Of a stretch of 64,000 nucleotides of DNA, positions 1 to 12,854 are shown piece by piece. This stretch comes from Octopus bimaculoides. Its lineage: Eukaryota. How positions within the stretch are numbered: the first letter of the stretch is position 1; each line of letters starts with the position of its first letter. The DNA lies in NCBI RefSeq assembly GCF_001194135.2, contig NC_068990.1:43447756-43511755 (forward strand), written 5' to 3'. Made by a program: the position numbers and the translations under genes. Under the pieces are notes generated by a model. That model was not told the DNA's origin and made no database searches. It worked only from the letters and a program-made list of their open reading frames with translations.

Positions 1-12
1 CTATTCTTTTCT

Positions 13-206
13 TTCTTTTACTTGTTTCAGTCATTTGACTGCGGCCATGCTGGAGCACCGCCTTTAGTCGAGAAACTCGACCCCAGGACTTATTCTTTGT
101 AAGCCTAGTACTTATTCTATCGGTCTCTTTTTGCCGAACCGCTAAGTTACGGGAACGTAAACACACCACCATCAGTTGTCAAGCGTTGGTGGGGGGACAA
201 ACACAG

Positions 207-237
<31 letters not shown>

Positions 238-408
238 CATATATACGACGGGCTTCTTTCAGTTTCCATCTACCAAATCCACTCATAAGGCTTTGGTCGG
301 CCCGAGGCTATAGCAGAAGACACTTGCCCAAGGTGCCACGCAGTGGGACTGAACCCGGAACTATGTCGTTGGTAAACAAGCTACTTACCACACAGCCACT
401 CCTGCACC
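13..408 (-). mobile_element. tRNA-derived SINE, family A (abundant Octopus-type SINE), near full length
   Basis: Reverse complement of the copy at 6455-6854: tRNA-like head, CCTTGGGCAAG core, internal (TA)/(CA) microsatellite, tail ending GAAACAAGTAAAAG. CpGs retained, so a young copy. Confidence 0.9.
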
Positions 409-479
409 TATATCTTTATTATTGTCACACTGCCTTCTGTGCATGCATGCTTATAGCCAATACTATTGTGGTCATGTGA

Positions 480-1664
480 TCAGAGTTTGATCTTGATCAC
501 ACTATTTTTCTTTCTGGCTTTACAGTATAAGCACGGCTGCTCCACTAGCAATGTGCACCAAAGAACGAAGAACAGTGATCCAATTTCTCTGGTCAGAACT
601 GTGTCAGGTGCTGAAATTCATCAGAGACTTTTAGCACAATACGGGGACAGTGCACTACTGCATATAAGTGTGTATGAGTGGATTGAGAAGTTTAAAAGTG
701 GACGGATGCATGAAAAGGGAGCAGTGCACCTGTCAACCTCCACCTCTGACGAGAAGATTCAGCAAGCTCAAGAGATGGTAATGGTGAACTGATGAGTTAT
801 CATTGATGGGATAGCTTGTTCTCAGCAGATTAGTAACAACTCTGTCTATCAAATCATCCACGATGAGCTCAGCTTCTATAAAGTCTGTGCAAGATGGGTG
901 CCAAGAGAACTTACTACAAAGCACAAGCGCAAACATCTTGAGGTCTGCCAACGTTTACGCGATCGCTACAACAATGAAGGTGAGGAATGTTTGAGCAGAA
1001 TACTCACAAGACATGAAACGTGGGTCCATCATCATGAGGGAGAATCCAAAAGACAGAGTATGGAGTGAAAATATTCTGGCTCACTAGCGACAAAGAAATT
1101 CAAGACTCAGTCTTCCATGGGAAAAGTGATACTAACCATTTTTGGGACTCAAAAGGGCTTATATTGGAAGCCTACTTGGAAAAGGGGTGCACAATCAACA
1201 GTGCATGGTACGGTGCCTTGCTAGCCAACAAACTGAAGCCAGCACTTCACACCAAACGCCAAAGCCTATTATTGAAGAAAGTTTTGTTGCTGCATGAGAA
1301 TGCACACCCACACACAGCCACCCAGACCATTGAAACCATTAGTCAATTGGATTTTGAGGTGCTGGAACACCCTGCCTACAGCCCAGATCTCACCCCTTCT
1401 GACTATTATATTTTTGGACTGCTCAATGATGGTTTATGTGGTCATCAATTTCTTACAGATGAAGATGTGAAGGAAGTGGTGCATAAATGGTTGCATGACC
1501 AACCAAAAACCTACTTCTTGGAGAGAATACACAAGTTTGTGGACCACTGAACCAAGTGAATTGGAAGGAAAGGGGACTATACAGAAAAATACTTGTTTAT
1601 CACCCGCTTTTGTGTAAATACACTGAAAAGCAAGAGGGCATATAATTTTTGACTCACCCACGTA
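480..1664 (+). mobile_element. Mariner (DD34D) transposon, inactivated, 5' end missing
   Basis: HTH region (AEIHQRLLAQYGDSAL...VYEWIEKFKSGR), RWVPRELT, HETWVHH, and LLHENAHPH...YSPDLTPSDY with 34 residues between the second (here E) and third catalytic positions. Stops and frameshifts present. Right TIR TTTTTGACTCACCCACG followed by TA at about 1645-1664. Confidence 0.92.
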
Positions 1665-1673
1665 TATGTGTGT

Positions 1674-1704
<31 letters not shown>

Positions 1705-1872
1705 CATTTGTATTTCTGTGTTTGTCCCCCACCATTGCTTGACAACTGATGTTGGTGCATTTACATCCCTGTAACTTAGCAGTTCAGGAAAATAGACCTA
1801 TAAAATAAGTACTAGGCTTGCAAAGAATAAGTCCTGGGGTTGATTTATTTGACTAAAAGGTAGTGCTCCAGC
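1705..1872 (+). mobile_element. SINE family A, 3' half
   Basis: Matches the tail of the 6455-6854 copy (GTCCCCCACC...AATAAGTCCTGGGG...GTGCTCCAGCAT), preceded by (TG)n. Confidence 0.8.
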
Positions 1873-2004
1873 ATATAGTTTTCTACAATATAATAGGGCT
1901 GACCAAATCCTTGTGAGTAGATGGAAACTGAAAGAAGACCTTCATATGTATATATATTTACGTGTGTATATAAACACATATACAAGTGTTTGTTTGTGTG
2001 TACT

Positions 2005-2009
<5 letters not shown>

Positions 2010-2058
<49 letters not shown>
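2010..2058. repeat. (TA)n microsatellite
   Basis: Direct inspection. Confidence 0.95.
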
Positions 2059-2064
<6 letters not shown>

Positions 2065-3046
2065 AGTATATATATATTATAACTGTATATAATATATATA
2101 ATATATATCATAATGATATTTAATCTCTGATTTGAAGCAACAATTTTTAAATATAAACAATTATACTATCAGCCTTCCATAATAGCCTTCTCTCTGTAAC
2201 TCACAAAGCCTTTTGGGTTTCTTTATAAGAATCTTATTTATGTAGTATCAAGACAGTTTAAGTATATATTAACTAAATTTGACTGAAATTGATGGGTGAG
2301 CATTTGGCCAATCTGATTCGCAAGGAGCCATGAACGTGTCAATTTGTGAGTTCAATTCAGCCTGAGGTTAGCTCATCATTTTTCAGTCATTTGTTTATAT
2401 TTAAAATTTGTTGCTTCAAATCGAGAATAAATATCATTATGACATATATCGTATAAAGTTATTATAGTTATTATACTATGAGCCTTCCATAGTAGCTTTC
2501 TCTCCGTAACTCACAAAGCCTTTCAGGTTTGTTTATAATAATATTATTTATGTAGTATTTATATATCTAGATATATACACAAACATATATATTATGTGGA
2601 TGATATTTTCAACCAAGACATTACAATCATATCTGATTCTTCAAGTGCTTCAATTCTGTGCATGTACATATATTTAGTAGATTGCTGACATTTGATAATG
2701 ATTTTCCCCACTGTGCTGATGTACCATTTTCTGTCACTAATAAAACTGTCTGCATTTTTGATGACATGGGTATGCTAGTTTTATTATATTTTATTATAAA
2801 TAAATTACTTACATGTTTGCCTTAATATAAACAATCTTTAAATTAATGCAGATATTAAGCTAGCTGTTTGTTAAACAATAATCCCTTGGCATGCTATATT
2901 TTTTTCATTATTTATAACTTTATACACTCCTTATGGTTTTCTTTTGTATCGTATTATATATTCTATATATTTTGTAGAATGATACATTAAGGAGATTTTA
3001 TTATGAATACCGCTGGATTAGTTGAATCTATATATTGTGACTTAAA

Positions 3047-3079
<33 letters not shown>

Positions 3080-3109
3080 CCACTATTCCTCGCTTTCATT
3101 GGCTTTGAG

Positions 3110-3480
3110 AGGTAATTGGATAGGGTACCATCTCCAGTAATTTGGTAGTCACTCAAAAAAGTAGGCATAGACAAATGGCTCGTGAGTGTTATACAAGCTA
3201 TATTGTATGTAGTAAGTAAAGTGAGACCTATGATAAATTTAGCATGAAGGTAGGAGTTCATCAAGGTTCCGTTCTCTCTTATACATCATAGATCTTTAGG
3301 TCATCAAAAAGGAGTTTAAGACTTGCTGTCTGAGGAAACTCCGACATGCTAACAATCTAGTTCTCATAGCTGATGGCAATGTCAAAGGAAATTCCAGGTG
3401 TTGAAACTAAACCTAAAATTCAGATACCTCAAGGTAAATTTAGCAAATACTAGGGTTTTAGTAAGTAGGAAGGAATACAA
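3110..3480 (+). mobile_element. RTE-type LINE reverse transcriptase fragment (degenerate)
   Basis: Translates to VGVHQGSVL and LRHANNLVLIA, which are decayed GVHQGSVLSP and LLYADDLVL motifs. Confidence 0.75.
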
Positions 3481-3529
3481 GACTTTGATATCTGTTGGGA
3501 AATAAATATAAAATCAAGTAACTTATTGA

Positions 3530-4730
3530 CAAGCTGCAAAGCCCTGCATCTTCAGGCAGATATTAACAGATTGTGTTTCGGCCAAAAGGTTGAGGATAAG
3601 GATTGATAAGTGTAGGAAACTGTACATAAGAAGAAATAGAGAGTTTAAAGAGATACATGGCCAACAATGAAAAAGCTTCATAGCAGTATGATAAGGGGTA
3701 ATGTTAAATGAAGGAAGCAAAATGTGTGAAGTTATTGGTGCTAGAGAGCAACAATACGATCAGAAAGGTTTTCAGTACTCTTTTCAAAGTTCTGCAAAAT
3801 ATCGATTTCAAATTTTGGCACAAGGCCAGCCACCTCAGTGGAGGGGTAAGTCAATTGTATCGACTCCATTGCTCAACTGGTACTTACTTTATTGACCCCA
3901 AAAAGAGGAAAGGTAAAGTCAACCTTAGCAAAATTTGAACTCAGGACATATAGACAGACAAAATGCTGCTTAGCGTTTTTCCTTTTGTGCTTATGATTCT
4001 GTCAGCTTGCCACCTTAAAAAGTTCTGAAAAATATCAAAAGTCTTTACAGTGGCTTAAGAAGAATGTACTAAAGAAAGAGACAGAAGGCTTGATTTCAGC
4101 TGCACAGGATCAAGCAAAATTAGAACATCAACAAGAGCATATATATGGAGAACATCTTGGTTGAATATAGAATATGTGATGAAGAAGAAGGAATTGTGAC
4201 ACTTACAGTCTCTGAATGTAAAATGCTTGCTCAGAGAGTTTATAAGAAAGCTCAAAACATGACAAAATTGCTACAATGTCGCATTAGCAAATCCATAAAA
4301 ATATTATGGATTTCAAAGTATGGAAAAATAGTACGACCATAAAACAGAGCATGTCTTTGAAAATGACCATGTAAAGGAACTATGGGATATGAAACTTCAA
4401 ACGGACAGGCAAATAAAGTATTCTTGCCCAGATATTGTCATATTCGATAAAGAGAAATGAATGTGTTGCTTAATTGATGTTGCTTGCCCAGTGGTATTCA
4501 GAGAATGTGAGAAAATAGAAAACTACCTGAATCTAAAATACAAACTTCAAAGAATCCAGAATTGTCATAAAGTAACCATTATCCCATTTGTAGTAGGAGT
4601 CTTAGGAATGGTTATAAGAAGTTTGAATACTTTGCTGATGAAGTTGGACATTGAGATGAATTTCCTGATTCTACAGAATGCCTATTGGCTTGGCACAGCA
4701 ATGACTGTAAGAAAGATACTAGATGCCTAA
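3530..4730 (+). mobile_element. R4/Dong-like non-LTR retrotransposon 3' portion (CCHC finger plus restriction-like endonuclease), interrupted by a SINE
   Basis: ALHLQADINRL, QWLKKNVLKKETEGLISAAQDQA, CRICDEEE...SECKMLAQ, CCLIDVACP...EKIENYLNLK...IIPFVVGVLG...LGTAMTVRKILDA*. This motif order is typical of RLE-clade (R4/Dong/Rex6) ORFs. Confidence 0.85.
3790..4018 (-). mobile_element. SINE family B (Deu/Nin-domain-like core) nested in the R4-like element
   Basis: Reverse complement of the 12904-13117 family (GTTGACTTTACCTTTCC...GGGGTCAATAAAGTAAGTACCAG). Confidence 0.75.
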
Positions 4731-4764
4731 GGTTGCAGGATGCAACTTGATATCTAGTAATAAC

Positions 4765-4909
4765 TGTCAGAACAACAACAATGATGACGCCAGTGATGAT
4801 AATGATAATGATGATGACAATGACAACAATGATAATGATGATGATGACGACAGGTATTTTAATCAATGTCACAAAGATAAATATGTGAGAGAGAGAGAGA
4901 GAGAAAGAG

Positions 4910-4958
<49 letters not shown>

Positions 4959-4990
4959 GAGAAAGAGAGAGAAAGAGAAGGAGAGAGAGC
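4765..4990. repeat. (GAT/AAT/AAC)n followed by (GA/GAGAAA)n simple repeats
   Basis: Direct inspection. These repeats explain the ORFs 4612..4872 and 4723..5004. Confidence 0.95.
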
Positions 4991-6454
4991 AGTCAATTGA
5001 ATGAAACCCAGTTATTTATTTTATCAACCTCAAAAGAATAAAAGACTAAGTTGGATTAGCGTGATTTGACCTCAAAATTTGAACAGATGTACCTAAATAT
5101 AGTGGTACTTTTTTTTATCTGGGGCTGTACTATTTCTGCCATGGATCACACTTATTGAGAATAATAACAACAACAAGGACAATGACAACAATGATAATGA
5201 TTATGATAATGATGATGAGGGAATAAAGAAATGGTGAAATTTGGTAATGAAGAAATGAAATTGAATGGGAAAATAATATGTATTGATGGTACATTGAAAG
5301 ATATCTGCTAGAATAAAAGAAAAGGTTAAAAAAGTACAAAATATCTCAGAAAATCTAAAGTTAAAGTAATGTAACAATAGAAACTATACAGATTCAAGCA
5401 TCTGCACCTTAGGTCAAAGATGACAGAGATGGATAAGTAGTAACTTAGGTTCCTCAATAATTTATTCCATCGTGAGCATACAAGAACAAATAGCAAAGAA
5501 ATTAAGGTGAGAATGGAAATGACATCAGTCATGTGAAGTCTGTTCAAAGAATACAGGAAAGCAGTCCATTATTTGTTGTGAGGATAAAATAGTTTTTGTT
5601 GAGAATGATTATATATGATGGTTCTAATAGTAGATGGGTTGGAAAAATAAATAACCATGAAGTGATAGAAGAACCAGACAAGAGAATAAGGAAATGAAAC
5701 TCAGTTTGGAGCCACATGGTTTAAAGCAGCATTGTCTGAAGACTAGATTTAGTTTCAGAGAATCGTCATCAAAAGCAGTTAGGGATAATTGATGTGTACT
5801 ATTCTAGGGAGAACCATTTCAAAGGAACCTTTATAGTATGTTTAACTTGTTAAAAAGATTAGCAGCCAAATCTCATTTAAATTTCACTCTATCATTTTCA
5901 AGAGGGTAGGGTATATTACATAATGTATATAGAGAGGAATGAGTGGCCATAGATAGAAAGATTTTGATCACAGCTCTGTTCAGTGAGGAGTGACATGAGA
6001 CAATTTACCCAAGCAAAACACAAGAAAAACCGAATAAGCTTTAACAGTGTAGCTTTTGAAATATTTGAAATAAGGGTTGCGGTGGTATAACATGATAGCC
6101 ATGGCAGTTGTGATTGGTTGGAGAATGACTGAATTGTAATTGATTACTTGATGGAGTAAGGCTGAAGTGATTGGTTGTTTTAAATGAGGAAGGATTAAAT
6201 TCTGATTGGTTGCATTGGTGGAGTAAAGACTGAATTATGACTGGTTACTTTTGTGGTGAAACAATTAATTTTTTTTAAAATCTTTTTTCACTTCCTTAAA
6301 GATTTTAAGGTCTGTTAAACAAACCTTCTGTTATTAATACAGACTTATATGATAGCATTTACAGATTATATTAATGATTAGAATCATTGCATTTATAATT
6401 TTAAATCTTTTTCACTGTTGATGTAGCAAACACAAAATAAAAATGTCCATATAA

Positions 6455-6854
6455 GGCGCAGGAGTGGCTGTGTGGTAAGTAGCTTGCTTACCAACCACAT
6501 GGTTCCGGGTTCATTCCCACTGCGTGACACCTTGGGCAAGTGTCTTCTACTATAGCCTCGGACTGACCAAAGCCTTGTGAGTGGATTTGGTAGACGGAAA
6601 CTGAAAGAAGCCTGTCGTATATATGTACATGTATATGTATGTGTGTGTATATGTTTGTGTGTCTGTGTTTGTCCCCCCAACATCGCTTGATAACCGATGC
6701 TGGTATATTTACGTCCCCGTAACTTAGTGGTTTGGCAAAAGAGACCAATAGAATAAGTACTAGGCTTACAAAGAATAAGTCCTGGGGTCGATTTGCTTGA
6801 CTAAAGGTGGTGCTCCAGCATGGCCGCAGTCAAATGACTGAAACAAGTAAAAGA
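6455..6854 (+). mobile_element. SINE family A, full length
   Basis: GGCGCAGGAG head, A-box-like TGGCTGTGTGG, B-box-like GGTTCATTCCC, internal microsatellite and tail. Flanked by ATATAA on both sides (possible TSD). Confidence 0.92.
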
Positions 6855-7194
6855 GTATATAAGCACAGTTATTTTGTAATTAATAGTATTTCCATATTGA
6901 AATGATGAATCCAAGGAAGAAGTCATAGCAGAAATATCAGGTATAAAAAGTCACCAGAAAATTTCTATAAATGACACACGTAATAAATTTTTTTGAAGAA
7001 GTTTGTTTCCCTCAAGGTTCTAGGTTCAGCCCACTGCATTGCACTTTGGGCAAGGGCCTTCTACTAAAGCTTCAGGCTGGTCACTGGCTTATGAGTTATT
7101 AAATTAAAACTGTGTAGAAGTCTATCATATCTACCTAGCTATCTAACAATATATCTCTTTTTCTATCTATCTATTGATTTTTTACATACATACA

Positions 7195-7680
7195 TATCAT
7201 CATCACCAACATCATCATTTAACATCTACATTCCATGCTGGCATGGATTGGATTGTTTGACAGGAGCTGGTCAGCTGGAGAGCTAACCAAGTTCCAACTG
7301 TCTATTTTGGCATGGTTTCTAGGGCTGGGTGCCCTACCTAAGGCCAACCACTTTACAGAGTTTACTGGATGCTTTTTGTGTAGTATCAATATGGGTGTTC
7401 ACTTCTACATAGCACCAGCATGAGTGCATTTACCTGGCACCAGCACAGGCACTTGTGCATGGCATCAGTACAAGTACTTTTTACGTGACACCAGTACCCA
7501 CAAGCCCTCAAGGGAAGGACCCCTCAGCTGAGAGGGTTACATAGAGGACATACCTGTATGTATGGACAACCACAATTCTCTTTTGTGAGGCCCAGCATCT
7601 GAAGACCCTATCTCACTAACTTGTCCCGTCTTCTTGGTTCTCCCCAAGGTTCCCTCTCCAATTTAAGATCGGCACTACAT
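7195..7680 (-). mobile_element. RTE LINE 3' end (ORF2 C-terminus, 3' UTR and (GAT)n tail)
   Basis: (CAT)n-TTTAACATC...CCATGCTGGCATGG tail motif joined to a decayed GR-KT-W-like C-terminal coding piece at about 7560-7680. Confidence 0.7.
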
Positions 7681-9599
7681 TGCTCATTTGTTGATAGGTT
7701 CATGTGTGGGTGTTTGTCCCCAAGCAGTTGACAGCTGGTGTTGGTTTGTTTATGTTGCCATAACATACCATTTCAGCCAAATGTGAGTAAAAGAATAAGT
7801 ACTAGATATAAAATAATCATTGGTATTGATTTGTCTGACCAAATTATTCAAGGTGGTGCTCCAGTATGGCAACTGAAGGAAGCCTGTAAAAGAGTATCCT
7901 CTAATATATTGTGCAACAAACATTTTATATAACAAATTACATATCTTTATATTGCATAATGGTAAAATATACATTCTATGATTTCTTTATTTAATAAAAA
8001 TAATATCTATCTATAATGGAAGAGTGATGACAGCCATTCAAAAGCACATGTATAGTGTGATGTTCACTTTTGTTTTATTTCATGGTAATATTATAAACTA
8101 CCAAAAGCTGTGGAATTATATGAGATATCATTTTTTTTTTAACACTTTATGGTGTGTATTACTATCATAATGTAAAAACAAAAGTGACTAGGGTGTATGT
8201 ATTTGTTTTAAATTGCTAACATGCTGCTTCCACAATGTAATTTTATAAATAGTGAATTGGCAGATGCATAAGAACATCAGATAGAATGTTTCTTGTCATT
8301 TGTTGTGAATTTCTGTTGAGACCAACTTTGCCTTTCATCCTTTCAGTGTTCAATAAAAAAAGTATCAATCCAGGATATTGGATTTGCAGAACAGTAAGAA
8401 TATCAGACAGGATATCCTTGTGATAGCTGTTCCTGCTCTTTGAACTCTGATTTAAAATCTTGCCATAGTGTGCTTCAAACCACAAAGGCAAGTCCCTATT
8501 GCAGCATGTGTGGCGTGTACCCCTCAGCAACCCTGAGAGCTATACCATGCTGGACAGGTCAAAGGATAGAGGCCAGGCTAATATGAACCACCTCTTTCCA
8601 GGAATAAAAATGGGTTTGAAAAGGGTTGACAGCACTACATAAAAAAAAATCAAAGTTACAGAAGAAATATCATTGATAATTCAAAACCAACAAGACCATA
8701 CATTAAGGACAGCCCAGAGTTGAGAACAGTGATAAAAAGTCATTGATGGATGGACTATCCTCTAAAAGGAATGAAGAACTTAAGTAAGTAATGGTTTATT
8801 TAGGTAACAGAGTTAATATATCACACAATTTAACACTATTGCATAGCATCTTGATCTTTAGCTGAGTCCACTCGGCTGCAAACATTTGCATTAGATCTCC
8901 AGTTTGAGTATCCTTTCTTCCTGCTCTCCAATCAGTCACAGAAACCCTGTTAGGGGCACTGCCTTCACTCCCAACTAAAAGATTAGGAAAAAAAGAAAAG
9001 AAATGTCTCTACTTCATAACTTGATCTCAGATTAAGTCCCTTGCCAGATAAGCATAACTCTAAATTTTCCATAACATGACATTTATATGAATTGAAATAT
9101 TTGAAGGTTTGTCTGAGGGGAAAATGTAACTTACCATTTGATAGATTATTTTCCTATTGAAACCTTTTTAAATGATAAATCAAAAAAAAAAAAAAAAAAA
9201 AAAAATCACAGGAAAAATATCAGGGATAAAAAGTCACAAGAAAAAATATTAGGAATAAAAAATATTGGGAATAAAAAACCAAAGGTAAATTTCAATAAAT
9301 GACAAATTTGATAAAGTATTTTGTTTATTTTTTTATTGAAGATATTGAAATGAATGTTTGTTTGTTTTTTTTGCATATATCATCATTATCATCATCATTT
9401 AACATCCACTTTTCAATGCTTGTTACGGGTGTGTTAGGGCAGATTTTTCTACGACTACATGCCCTTCCTGTCACCAACACTTATCTGTGTCCAGACAAAG
9501 TAATAGTTCCCTATGGTCTGATATGATTTTCACAGTAAGCTGGAATCAAACAACATACATGTATGATGGTGATTCTTGTTTACAACTATCACATATATC

Positions 9600-9800
9600 A
9601 AGACAAGGCTACACACACACACACAAACATATCTATATTACAGGCTTCTTCAAGTTTTCATTTACCAAATCCACATACAAGCCTTTGGTCAGCTCAGGGC
9701 TATGGTAGGAGACACTTGCCCATGGTACCTCACAGTGAGATTGAACCTGAAGCCACATGGTTAGGAAGTAAGCTTCTTAACCACACAGCCATAGCTGTGC
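9600..9800 (-). mobile_element. SINE family A, 5' half, diverged
   Basis: Similarity to the head and core of the 6455-6854 copy. Confidence 0.75.
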
Positions 9801-10496
9801 CTATTGTGTATTGTAATTTAGAAAGCCAATTTGTAAAATCATATGGGCATCAGATAGATTGCTTTGTTCCAGCTCTCTGCACTCTAAATTCAAACCCCAC
9901 CAACATCAACTTTACCTTTAATCCTTTCAGGGTTAATCAATTAAGTAGCAGTCCACTACTGCAGTCAACTCCCCACCTCTCTCTCTCTCTTTCTGTTCTG
10001 GAACAAATCAGTTTTGGTCAGAACTGGAGAGGGATGGGACTTGCTATGCAGAGCAATCTTAGCAGCATTATAGGCCCCCAGGCAAATCAATGCACTGGGC
10101 CCTATAGTATTTATTTATTTATTGACAGTAAGCCACAGCATACATAACTCAGATTTGGACCCCTAGACATGTGATCACCCTCCTCCCCAGACAACTGCTC
10201 TGTGTGCCTATGGTTTGAGATGGCACTGATGTCATGATGGTATTCCTTTCACATCATCTAGCAGTTTTGGGCCCAAAGTAAAGCAAAACAAGGTAAATTT
10301 CATTATGCAAATTATGTTGTTATTGTGTACAAGTGATGCATTGTCAGTTAATAAGTGATTAAAATTATCATTAACTATTAAAGTAATTAAACAAATGATA
10401 CAAATTTTCCTGACCAGAATTTGCTGATTCTGTCATTGCATTACAGCAAGAGTATAATACCTTTACACTTTCATCATAATATAATGAGTAGATTGT

Positions 10497-10690
10497 GGAG
10501 GCGCAATGGCCCAGTGATTAGGGCAGCAGACTCACGGTCATAGGATTGTGGTTTCAATTCCCAGACCGGGCATTGTAAGTGTTTATTGAGTGAAAACACC
10601 TAAAGCTCCACAAGGCTTCGGCAGTAGATGGTAGCGAACCCTGCTGTACTCTTTCACCGCAACTTTCTCTCACTCTTACTTCCTGTTTCT
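10497..10690 (+). mobile_element. tRNA-derived SINE family D (possibly OR-type, tRNA-Arg-like head)
   Basis: GGAGGCGCAATGGCCCAGTGATTAGGGCAGCAGACTCACGGTC...GGTTTCAATTCCCAGACCGGGC has A and B boxes but continues into a non-tRNA body. The family name is from memory. Confidence 0.7.
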
Positions 10691-11374
10691 TACTTCCGGC
10701 GGCGGCGGTGGTGGTGACGATGATGACTGAGCATATCTTAAATCATAATTAAGAGTTGTACTTAAGCTAAATTTATTCAAAGATATATCAAACTAAATAT
10801 TTTGAAATACATAACTAATGAGACACGTAGCTTAGTTGTTAGAGTATGACACTCATGAATATGAGGATATTGGTTCAATTTCTGGACTGGATGGCACATT
10901 ACGTCCTTGAGCAAGGTATTTAATTTCACAGTGTTCCAATATAGTCAGCTGTAAATGAGCACTAGCTGGGTACTGGTCACTCTTCATCCAGATGTCAAAT
11001 CCTGGATGAGCTGTTGGATTGAAGGTGGAGGAACTGAGAGGATGTTTATCTCTGCATGTGACTACATAGTTACCTAAAACAATTAGCAAAGGGTGGCACA
11101 TATTGCCAACCCATATTACAAATCCCAGCTGGCTATATTACGCAAGGGTGAGTCAGAAGGTTATGCAGTTTTTATTTGCATTACTTTCTCATTCACCATT
11201 GTATTTAATTAAATTTATTCAAATATGGACCCAGTAATCCAATGTACCAGGCATTTGGGCTGAATTTGACAGTTGGCCTAAAAGGAAAAGAAAACACATC
11301 ACATCTAAAAATAAAAGTATTTTGAAATACTAAAAACTATCAGCTAGATTATGGTTAGGAGTTAACAGTTTACT

Positions 11375-11990
11375 TAAAGTAGCTGCCCTCACCTTCCACC
11401 ATGGCCTCAAGACAATTCCAGAACCTGGTGCATGCATTCCTCAGTGTCTCTGGGAAGATCTTTTAACACCTCCTTGATCTTGGTCGCCATCTTGGCTTTA
11501 GTGCTAGGCAGTTGGTGTCTTTCTCAACTGTGCCCCAGACATGGTAATCCATGGGATTATAATCAGAGGAATTAAGAGGCCTGAAATTAGGACTGGTGAA
11601 GTCATAGAAATTCTCTCAAAACTACTTCTGATTCTTTCTGGAGCTAGGGTACAGAGCTGAATCCTGCTGCCAAAAAATATAGCCTTTCAGCAGCAACTCG
11701 CTTCAGCTGGAGTTTGATCAAAGTCTCCAGCAATTTCACATAGCCATATGAACTAAATCGAAGGCCCTGTTCAATGAAGTGGGCTAGCATGATGCCACTC
11801 TCACTGAAGTTACCCCTGGAGACCATTAACTTTCTGCTGGCTGTGGTAACATAGTCTATGTTGCAGCTATTCATGTCATGTCTTCCAGCCTTTACAATGT
11901 TCACAAAGCATTGAGCCTGATGTCAGTTTTTTGATACCTGGTGTAAATAGTCATGATACTGGTAACTCTTTTCCAATGGCTTAAGATGGC
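11375..11990 (-). mobile_element. maT/DD37D-type Tc1-mariner transposase remnant
   Basis: Minus-strand translation QQDSALYPSSRKNQK*F*ENFYDFTSPNFRPLNSSDYNPMDYHVWGTVEKDTN...ACTRFWNCLEAMVEGEGSYFK*, with 37 residues between the second and third catalytic Asp. Confidence 0.8.
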
Positions 11991-11991
11991 T

Positions 11992-12200
11992 TAAGGCAGT
12001 AAACTGGCAGAACCGTTAGCACACTGGCCAAAATGCTTAATGGGATTCATCTGTCTTTACATTCAATTTCCATAGAGGTCAACTTCACCTGTCATCCTTT
12101 TTGGGTCGATAAAATAAGTACCAGTCAAGTAGTGGAGTTGATGTAACTGACTTGCCCCCCTCCCCACCCACACAATTTCAAACCTTGTGTCTATAATAGA
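11992..12200 (+). mobile_element. SINE family B, diverged
   Basis: AAGGCAGTAAACTGGCAGAACCGTTAGCAC...GAGGTCAACTTCACCTGTCATCC...GATAAAATAAGTACCAG. Confidence 0.75.
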
Positions 12201-12854
12201 AAGGAATTTGCAAATGGCTTCCAGTTTTCCATGTCAGCTAACTTTTTCTCAACTATGACTCTAATCCTTATGCTCTCCTACACTGACCCTGAAAAAAGGA
12301 GACATAAAAAAATCATCAAATTTAGCCAGAATACCCTGTATACATAAGTAAAATATATTCCAAAATGTCTTCCAAATATGAAAAATGGCCAAACCTTCAT
12401 AAAATGTGTGTGTGTGTGTGTGTGTGTGTATCTTTGTGTTTTTCTGCCATCACCACTACCACCAACACATAACAACCTGTCTTGGGTTGTTTACATTCCC
12501 ATAGTAGCAATTCAGTAAAAGGGACCAATAAAATAAGTACCAGGCTTAAAACTAAGAACTGGAGTTGATTTGTTTGGCAGAATTCTTCATTTGTTTAGCA
12601 GAACCCTTCATGGTAGTGCCTTAGCATGGCTACAGTCCTATTACTGAAACAAGTAAAAGATAAGTGTATGCCTAGTATACAAATGTTAAGTCAAATATAT
12701 CCCAAAATTTCTGCCAAATATGAAGCATGGCCAAAGCCTCATAAAAAATGTTTAATTGGCATATTAGATATACATGTATGTGTGTGCGTGTGTGTGTGTG
12801 TGTGGGAGTGTTTGTGTGTGTGTGTATGTGTTTGTGTGTATGTGTGTGTGTGTG

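Noticed and set aside
186-479. Recurrent similar ORFs (186..479, 6393..6683, 9563..10147, 30081..30317, 34960..35190) that look like a gene family
   Set aside because: They are translations of SINE family A copies and their microsatellites.
4612-5339. Poly-Ile/Asp/Glu-Arg ORFs
   Set aside because: Products of trinucleotide and GA microsatellites.
6455-6530. tRNA-like sequences (also 10497-10570 and 12855-12900)
   Set aside because: SINE heads with A/B boxes but no complete cloverleaf, continuing into SINE bodies.
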